A stretch of DNA of 64,000 bases from an uncultured Acidobacteriota bacterium (GTDB lineage Bacteria; Acidobacteriota; Polarisedimenticolia; J045), in contig CAVPCQ010000025.1 of assembly GCA_963702425.1 (NCBI GenBank), positions 24,916 through 88,915 of the forward strand, read 5' to 3'. The translations under genes were made by a program, and so were the position numbers. The notes under the pieces were generated by a model that had not been told where the DNA came from, searched no databases, and saw only the letters and a list, made by a program, of their open reading frames with translations. Positions 57,119 to 64,000 of this stretch are shown piece by piece (position 1 is the first letter of the stretch; every line of letters begins with the position of its first letter).

Positions 57119-58870
57119 ATGCGCGTGATCCCCGTGCGGCTCGTACTCGTGGCCGCGGTCGTGGCCTGGGGAGGGTTGTGCGCGCTGGCCGACCTCGACG
57201 TCGCGACGCTCACTCTGGCGACCGATGCGCCCACGTCGATCGCCTGGAGCCTCGCGCCGGACGCGACCAGCTACGGTCTCTATCGCGGCACGATCACGGC
57301 CGCCGGATTCCCCCCGTTGTACGACCACCGCTGCCTGGCGACCGAGATCCCCGAAGCCGAGGCCAAGGAGGGGGATGTGCCGCGGCCGGGCGAGGCGTTC
57401 TACTACCTCGTCACCGGCCTCGCGCGAAACGAGGCGGGTCAGATCGTCGCCGGCAGCGTCGGGCGGGACTCCTCCGGACGCCTCCGGCCCGAGGGGCCGG
57501 TCTACACCTGCGGCCAGCGCCTGTTCGTCGATCCCGCGGCCGGCGGGGCGGGGGATGGCCGCTCGTGGGCGGACGCCTGCACCTCCGTGAGTGCCGCGAT
57601 CGACGCGCACGAGAGCGAAGCGCGCGGGCTCGAGCTGTGGGTGCGCGGGAGCGTGACCGAGGAGGCCGAGGTGCCGTCGCGTTGGGAGAAGCGCGGCTAC
57701 GCGATCCTGGGCGGCTTCGCGGGGACCGAGTCGCTCGCCTGGGAGCGCTCACCAGCGGATCACCCGACGCTCCTGACCGGCCTCGAACGCCGCTATCTCG
57801 CGCGCTGCATCAACGGCTGCGCGCTGCTGCTGGACGGGCTCGAGCTCGCAGGGCCCTCATACCCGGTCATGATCTACTTCCCCGCCACCTCGCAGCTCGA
57901 GCTGCGCCACGTTCTGTCGGCCGTGCCGGTCTCCTTCGGCGCCGGCAACGGCGGCGGCGGCGGGCTCAAGACCGGGCGCCTCGAGATCGTCGACTCCGAG
58001 ATCGCCGCGTCGGCCGGCTACGCCCTGCGCATCTTCGCCTACGAGCAGTGGGACGTGCAGGCGCGCCTCTATCGCAGCCGCTTCGCGGGCGGCACCGACG
58101 CAGCGATCCGAATCGACGCCTGGTCCGACCTGACGCACGCGCGGATCGACGTCGACGTGGAGTCCTGCCAGATCGAGGGGGGCGGGCGCGGGATCTGGGC
58201 AGACGCCTGGAACATCTCACCGTACTACGGGGCCCGGATCCGGCTGCGCGTCGCGTCGTCGATCGTCACCGGGACCGCGACCGCGACCGACACGATCGAT
58301 CTCGACGTCCGACAGCGAGGCAACGAGGTTTTCGACGGCGCGTCGCCCACGACCATCGAGGGCCTGCTCGTCGGGGACACGGTCCACGGCGGAGGGGGGA
58401 CGGGTATCTCCCTGCACGCCTCACGGGCCCTCGCGGACCCCCGCGTCATCGCTCGCTGCCGGGTCGAGCTGTGGGACGACCTGCTCACCGGCCACGCTGC
58501 CTACGGCGTCTCCGAGACCGCCTCGACGCCCGGCGGGGAGGTGTCGGCGCAGGCGACGTTCGTCGGCAACGGTTTCTTCGACAACGGCGCCGCCTACCTG
58601 CGGAACGGCGTGGAGGTCTTCCCGACCGGCGACGAGGTCAATGCCTGCGCGGGGGCGCGGGACAACTTCGAGGCCGATCCGCTGTATGCCGGCGCGCCGG
58701 CCGGGGACCTGCACCTGGCCCCCGGGTCGCCGGCGATCGATCGCGGCCACCTGGACGCTCCCCGTCCCGCGGCCCGCGACGTGGACGGCGACGCGCGGTC
58801 GCTCGACGGGGACGGCGACGGCACTGCCGTGCCCGATGTGGGGGCGGACGAGGCGAGCGGTCCGCGCTGA
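57119..58870 (+). CDS. Secreted beta-helix protein with choice-of-anchor-Q-like C-terminus
   Basis: Signal peptide; FVD..A.G..DGRSWADA; GGFAGTE; DPLY....DLHLAPGSPAIDRG...D.DG..R...PDVGADE. Confidence 0.75.
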   Translation: MRVIPVRLVLVAAVVAWGGLCALADLDVATLTLATDAPTSIAWSLAPDATSYGLYRGTITAAGFPPLYDHRCLATEIPEAEAKEGDVPRPGEAFYYLVTGLARNEAGQIVAGSVGRDSSGRLRPEGPVYTCGQRLFVDPAAGGAGDGRSWADACTSVSAAIDAHESEARGLELWVRGSVTEEAEVPSRWEKRGYAILGGFAGTESLAWERSPADHPTLLTGLERRYLARCINGCALLLDGLELAGPSYPVMIYFPATSQLELRHVLSAVPVSFGAGNGGGGGLKTGRLEIVDSEIAASAGYALRIFAYEQWDVQARLYRSRFAGGTDAAIRIDAWSDLTHARIDVDVESCQIEGGGRGIWADAWNISPYYGARIRLRVASSIVTGTATATDTIDLDVRQRGNEVFDGASPTTIEGLLVGDTVHGGGGTGISLHASRALADPRVIARCRVELWDDLLTGHAAYGVSETASTPGGEVSAQATFVGNGFFDNGAAYLRNGVEVFPTGDEVNACAGARDNFEADPLYAGAPAGDLHLAPGSPAIDRGHLDAPRPAARDVDGDARSLDGDGDGTAVPDVGADEASGPR

Positions 58871-59107
58871 GGGGAGCCTCAAGCGGGCGCGCCAGCCCGC
58901 GGACAGGCCGGCTGTTCTGGGCCACCGATCTTGGATCGCAGCCGGGCGCGGTTCTCACCGTCGCAAAGGCCGTCGCGACGCTCACTCAGCGCGGAGAAAT
59001 CCGGCCGAGCGTCAGCACAGCGACGGAGATCGCTCTTCGAGCGGCATGCTGGGCTGCACGAGCGCACACGGCGATCTCGGCCGGAACAGAACCACGGATG
59101 CCCGCCC

Positions 59108-60389
59108 TCAGGCCGCACGAGTCAGCGAGACGACGGGAAGGTGCGTTCGCCTTTCCAGGTACCGCACCTCGAGCGCGAGCCGCACGCCCGGCCGCCCGCG
59201 GACCGGAGCCTGCGGCCGGGCACAGCGCGAGGAGCGCGGCCATCGCGCCCGGGGTTCGAAGCGCGGCCGATGATGCGCCGCCGGCCGCCCGAAGTGGATC
59301 TCGTCGGGCGTCGCACCCTCCAGCCCGGCGTGCGCGCGCTGACCGTCGTACCAGTCGGCGAAGAGCGACAACTCCCGCCCGACGCGCCACCGGACCGGCG
59401 CCAGCCCCCGCCGCACGCCTTCCTCTCTTGAGCGTCCGGATGCAGCGCTCAATGAGCGCAGTGCTGCCGTGCTTGCCGATCGCGCCGAAGCGCTGGCGGA
59501 TCCCGGCGCGACGGCAGCCCCGCCGGAACGATCGCGCCGTGAACTCACGCCCGCGATCCGTGATCAGGTGGCGCGGCCCCTGCCCCGCCTCCCGGATCAT
59601 GCCGGCGAGGAAGGCGCTCATCGCCCGGGCGGTGGGCCGGCCGCGAAACGCGCGGACGCCCATGCTCCGCCGGGAGAAGTGGTCGACACCGACGGCGACC
59701 CAGCAGCAGAACGGCCAGCGCTGGGGAAGCGACCAGGGCAGCCACGGGATCCAGAACCCGGCGAGCGTCGGGACAGTGGTCAGGTCGACCAGCCAGATGT
59801 GGTTCGGGCGCGACGACCGGATGCGACGCCCGCTGCGGACCGTCGCGGCAGGCGCCACGCGCCGGGGCCGCCGCTTCAGCATCCGGCGGACGGTGGTCCG
59901 TCCGAGATGAAGCCCGGCGTGGGAGAGCACGGCGGCGATCCGCGCCGTCCCCATCGCGGGGCAGAGCACCTTCAGCCGCCGCACGAGGTGCGCGACGAGG
60001 TCCGGGAACTTGTTCACGGGCTCGGGCGTCTGGACGAGCGCCGATGGTCCGTCCTCGTCGAGCCGCATCAGCCAGGAGGCGACGGTCGCCTCCGTGACGA
60101 AGAATCGCTCGGCGGTTTGCGCTGCCGACCAGCCCTGAACGGCGCGGAGCTCGAGGATCGCGAGGCGTTCGACCGCGGAGTAGTGCGGGCGGTGACGCGG
60201 CGGGACGCGCTCCAGGCGAGCGTCCTTGATGCGCAGTTCCTCGCGGAGCAGGGCCACCTCATGCTCCAGGCGGACGGAGACGGCGACGCGGTCGGTGGCC
60301 GCAAGCAACGCGATCCGGGCCAGGGAGAGGGCGTGGAGAATCGCGGAGCGGGCGCGGCGGGGCCAGGTTCGGGGAAGCGCGGGCTCCAT
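59108..60389 (-). CDS. Integrase-core (rve) DDE transposase, frameshift near 59425
   Basis: MEPALPRTWPRRARSAILHAL; D, D, E motifs; C-terminus in ORF 59108..59548. Confidence 0.88.
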
Positions 60390-60625
60390 ATCGAGATCCT
60401 CCCCCGGCATGGGATCCGCCAGTCGGGAAGCGGATCGGGCGGCGCCGGAGCATCGTGCAACGAGGCCGGCGGGATCGGTACCGGCCGTGCCTGGCGTGTC
60501 TAACGAAAGAACGGATGCGGTATGATCACCAGACCGGTACGCGCCCGTGCGGCGCGACGCGGATACTGCAGGGGAGCCTGATCCCCCGGGGAGTGCCGGG
60601 CGCAGCCCGGACGCGAGAGGCCAAG

Positions 60626-60865
60626 ATGATCCGAGCTTATACCGATGCGGCGCTGGAGCGGGCTCGATACACGCAGCTCGAAGATGGCTCGTACTGCGCG
60701 GAGGTACGCGGCCTCCGCGGGGCGATCGCGACGGGCGCGACCCTGGAGTCCTGTCGTTCACAGCTGCAGGAGGTCGTCGAGGAGTGGATCCTCGTCCGCG
60801 TCGCTCGAGGGCTCGACATTCCAGCGCTCGGGGGCGTGAGAATCAGGATCCGGAAGGCAGGCTGA
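60626..60865 (+). CDS. hicB: HicB-family antitoxin (short)
   Basis: LEDGSYCAEV.GL.G..ATG.TLE.CR..L.EVVEEWI......G..IP. Confidence 0.88.
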   Translation: MIRAYTDAALERARYTQLEDGSYCAEVRGLRGAIATGATLESCRSQLQEVVEEWILVRVARGLDIPALGGVRIRIRKAG

Positions 60866-61083
60866 TGCCTTCTTGGCGGCCGGTGAAACGCCGCGAGCTG
60901 GTCGCCGCCTTGCGGCGGGTGGGATTCACGGGGCCGTACTCGGGTGGTCGGCACGAGTTCATGCAGAAGGACGACCTGGTTCTGACGATTCCGAATCCCC
61001 ACGGCGGGGACATCGGGATCACGCTGTTGAAGATCATCCTCAGGCAGGCAGGGATCACAAGAGCGCGGTGGGAAAAGTTGTAG
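60865..61083 (+). CDS. hicA: HicA-family mRNA interferase toxin
   Basis: RELVAALRRVGF...GGRHEFM...IPNPH..DI...LL..IL.QAGI. Confidence 0.9.
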   Translation: MPSWRPVKRRELVAALRRVGFTGPYSGGRHEFMQKDDLVLTIPNPHGGDIGITLLKIILRQAGITRARWEKL

Positions 61084-61696
61084 GGCTGGCAGTCGTCGTT
61101 TGAGATGCGTTCCGAATGCCGAGCCAATCCTCCAGTTTTCGAACTTCGGGCGGGGCGGTTGACGGGGAAGGTGTGTCTGGGGGGCTCCCGGTTCCCGCAG
61201 TGGCGCGAGGGGACGCGCGAAGGCGGGCGCCGGCCAGGAGGTGACGGCTCTCTGCGGGCAGCCTCGACCGGGCGCGGCCGAGGCTCTCGTCGGCGCCAGG
61301 CCCCTGAGCGCGCTCTCTCTCTGCGACAGTCGAGAGAGCCAGGAAGACGCGTCGCCTGACCCCGTGTTTTCGACGGCGAAGAGGGGAGCGTCCGGCCGGG
61401 AGACGGCGTTACTGCGAGTCACGGAGTCAGAGGAATCGCGGGCCCACTTCACCTGCTTGGGAACGCAACTCGTTGAAGGGCAAGGCGGACGAGGTATTGG
61501 CGAGGGACGGGGCGCTCGGGGTCCATCCCGGGGAACGCCGTGAGGGACGGGACCTTCATCTAACTCAGCAGAATACACTGGTTTGTTACTTTCTTCAAGA
61601 CTCCTTAGGACCTACTGCTGAATTGACGGGGGGACCCAGCGATCTCGCTCAAACTGGGCATCCCGGAGGTGACGATGCGGCGTTCACGGATATCGC

Positions 61697-61734
61697 CCGT
61701 TCACGATTCGTGTACAATAGTGAATCGTGAACGG
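61697..61734 (+). promoter_or_regulatory. Inverted-repeat operator flanking a TACAAT -10 box upstream of abiEi
   Basis: CCGTTCACGATTC-gtgTACAATagt-GAATCGTGAACGG. Confidence 0.75.
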
Positions 61735-61793
61735 ACCTCCACGGACTGTTCATCTCAATCCACTCGTTCACGGAACGTGAACAGGCCAGCTAG

Positions 61794-62831
61794 GTGAACA
61801 CAATGGGACTCCACGAACAGAATGAGAACCGCATCCTTGAGGCGGCCCTGGCGGCCTGCGAACGGGTTACCGGCTTGCTCTGCCGTGTCATCCAGCTCGA
61901 ACCTCGAATCACGACTGCATGTCGCGCGGACGCACTCATCGAGATTCGAAACGGTCCCCGACAGTACCGCTTCGCGGTCGACGTCAAGAACGTGGACCGG
62001 GTGGCCGCGCTTGGTCACGTCCAAGCCCGACTGATGGCGTGCCCTGAGCCAGGTCTTGTCGTTGTGAAGTACATGACCGAAGAGCTAGCCGACAACTGTC
62101 GTCGTCTGGAACTCAACTTCATCGACACGGCAGGCAACGCCTATCTCAAGGCTGACGGACTCACGGTCTTCGTAGTAGGTAGGAAACCCCGCACCGCCGA
62201 GCCGAGACCAACATTTCGAGCCTTCAATGCCACCGGACTCCGAGTGATCTTCGCCCTTCTTTGTCGGCGAGAGCTTCTTCAAGCGCCATACCGAGAAGTC
62301 CAGAGAGAGGCTGGGGTTGCATTGGGAACAGTCGGCTGGGTACTGAACGACCTGCACAACAGAGGCTATCTCGTTCACCAAGAGAACGGGAATCGATTCA
62401 TGGACGCGGAACGGCTCGCTGCACAATGGGTAGAACACTATCCACTCAAGTTGCGCCCCAAGTTGAATGCCAAGCGCTTTCTAGCCACCGATCCGACATG
62501 GTGGCATCGCTTCGACCCCTTGGAATACGCTGCGTACTGGGGCGGTGAAGTCGGCGCAGATCGACTAACAGGCGATCTGCGACCCGAGCACATTACGATC
62601 TACGCTCGCGAGGATCCCAAGGAAATGATACTGCGAAACCGGCTGCGGGCTGACATACACGGGAACATAGAGATCCTCGATACATTCTGGGACTTCCCGC
62701 CGACAGGGGAGCATCCGGATGTTGTACCTCCGCTGCTCGTATACGCTGACCTAATGGCTACGGTGGACCAGCGCAACCATGAGGTTGCTCGGCGAGTTTA
62801 CAAACGACATGTTGGCCCCGCTCTCGATTAG
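61794..62831 (+). CDS. Type IV TA AbiEi-family antitoxin
   Basis: FIDTAGNAYL, HTH (APYREV...GVALGTV), WGGEVGA, VPPLLVYADL; lower GC than the flanks. Confidence 0.85.
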   Translation: MNTMGLHEQNENRILEAALAACERVTGLLCRVIQLEPRITTACRADALIEIRNGPRQYRFAVDVKNVDRVAALGHVQARLMACPEPGLVVVKYMTEELADNCRRLELNFIDTAGNAYLKADGLTVFVVGRKPRTAEPRPTFRAFNATGLRVIFALLCRRELLQAPYREVQREAGVALGTVGWVLNDLHNRGYLVHQENGNRFMDAERLAAQWVEHYPLKLRPKLNAKRFLATDPTWWHRFDPLEYAAYWGGEVGADRLTGDLRPEHITIYAREDPKEMILRNRLRADIHGNIEILDTFWDFPPTGEHPDVVPPLLVYADLMATVDQRNHEVARRVYKRHVGPALD

Positions 62832-63687
62832 ACCGGACTGCCCCATCGACGGGATCCAGCTAGCGATCCTGTGTGGTGTCCGCGAGGCATGCCTAGCAAC
62901 GGAGATAGACTACCTGGTCGCAGGAGCGACCGCGCGCGACTTGATTCTGTTTCACGTCCACGGTCGACGAATCAGGCGACGAACACAGGATATCGATATC
63001 GGGATCGCCATTCCAAGTTGGAGTGAGTTCCAGCGCCTCAAGGACGCGCTTACAGCACAACCGTGCTTCGTCACGGGAGAGGTACCACACGCTGTCTATT
63101 ACGCAGCAGCGCCCGACATGATCCCGTTTCGAATCGACATCATCCCATTTGGCGGCGTGGAGAACGAAGGCGGGCAAATCCTCTGGCCGCCAAGCGGTGA
63201 CACAGTGATGGGAGTGCGAGGGTTTGACGTCGCCCTCGCCCACTCAGTGCTGATTCAGCTTCCAGAAAACGGCCTCGTACGCTCAGCTTCGTTGGCGGGA
63301 TTGGTTCTCCTGAAACTGTTCGCGTGGCTTGATAGGGGCAAATTCACCGGAGTTGCGAAAGATGCGCTAGACCTGGCCGTGATCCTTGTCGAATACGCCG
63401 ACGCAGGTCAGCTAGATCGGTTATACGGTGAACGCAACGACCTGATGGTCACGACCGACTATGACGTGACCTCAGCGGGTGCCCTGCTCCTTGCAGACGA
63501 TGTGAGGAGCATCACGCCAACCGGACTCCTTGACGAGTTGTACCGGGAACTCGTACAGGAAGACGCTCTCGACCACATACAAAACCAGATCGCGCTGAAG
63601 CAACTCCGAGCGGGCAGGGAAGTGGAGGAGATCGAGGAGACACGCCTACTCCGGCGGTTCTGGGGCCGGCTGTTCGACTCAATGTGA
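62809..63687 (+). CDS. AbiEii-family nucleotidyltransferase toxin
   Basis: VAGATARD, RRTQDIDIG, IDIIPFGG, LLKLFAW.DR..KDA.D. Confidence 0.87.
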   Translation: MLAPLSIRPDCPIDGIQLAILCGVREACLATEIDYLVAGATARDLILFHVHGRRIRRRTQDIDIGIAIPSWSEFQRLKDALTAQPCFVTGEVPHAVYYAAAPDMIPFRIDIIPFGGVENEGGQILWPPSGDTVMGVRGFDVALAHSVLIQLPENGLVRSASLAGLVLLKLFAWLDRGKFTGVAKDALDLAVILVEYADAGQLDRLYGERNDLMVTTDYDVTSAGALLLADDVRSITPTGLLDELYRELVQEDALDHIQNQIALKQLRAGREVEEIEETRLLRRFWGRLFDSM

Positions 63688-63960
63688 AGTGCGCTAGGTG
63701 CGCCGCGAAAGGTCCGTCGTTCCGGCAGGTGCAGGTCCCGTCCCGGCAGCGGTGCTGGAGGTCGGACCTTGCGACGGGGAGATCGCGGTTTCTTCGCGAA
63801 TGCACCGATCGGGCGCCGGGTCGCAGGGCGGCGCGGCGAGGCGAAGGAGAAGGCTGGCACGCCGGTCGGGCATCAGGGCTCTACGAAACGCTCGGCGACG
63901 GCGCTAGGCCAAGTTGCTGCAAAAGACAGAGTTGCCTGCCGTGCGAGCCCGGCCGGGGCG

Positions 63961-64000
63961 GTTTGGGATGAGTTCCGATCACGGAGCCAATCCTCCGCTT
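63961..64000. repeat. Start of a fifth right-end repeat copy (cut by the window edge)
   Basis: GTTTGGGATGAGTTCCGATCACGGAGCCAATCCTCC matches copies at 55545 and 61098. Confidence 0.8.

Larger units (their letters stand above)
58913..61451 (-). mobile_element. DDE transposon element 3 carrying HicBA
   Basis: Ends TGTTCTGGGCCACCGATCTT and TGAAGTGGGCCCGCGATTCC (reverse complement); transposase; shared ends. Confidence 0.8.

Noticed and set aside
47329-64000. Integron interpretation of the TA cassettes
   Set aside because: No tyrosine integrase and no attC-like GTTRRRY hairpins are recognisable. The associated enzyme is a DDE transposase.

Overview
GC-rich bacterial DNA. The TSP3/LVIVD/CHAT-rich gene content suggests Acidobacteriota, but this is inference. 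Many genes carry single-base frameshifts, most likely uncorrected long-read indels. 1-22.8 kb: an acyl-CoA ligase/ACP/alpha-oxoamine synthase operon divergent from kbl, an S8 protease, a GAF-PP2C phosphatase, an MBL hydrolase, a FecR-TPR-beta-barrel receptor coupled to a CHASE2 adenylate cyclase, TrkH, MscS and a Ni/Co ECF transporter. 22.9-43 kb: two secreted TPR-CHAT caspase-like proteases, a giant M36 peptidase and a giant LVIVD/TSP3 protein, all divergent from an ECF sigma/zinc-finger anti-sigma pair. A GTGACA-N15-CGACA motif precedes both giant genes and the sigma gene. 47-64 kb, after a eukaryote-type citrate synthase: an array of related DDE (IS481/IS3-like) elements with imperfect TG...CA terminal repeats. 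Each has a conserved ~190-bp left end and a ~335-bp right end and carries a different toxin-antitoxin module (DUF433/DUF5615, FitAB/VapBC, HicBA; AbiE sits before a further right-end copy). Truncated host genes lie between the elements. The two strongest candidates for an undescribed system are the TA-cassette transposon family and the CHAT protease/anti-sigma/ECF regulon.
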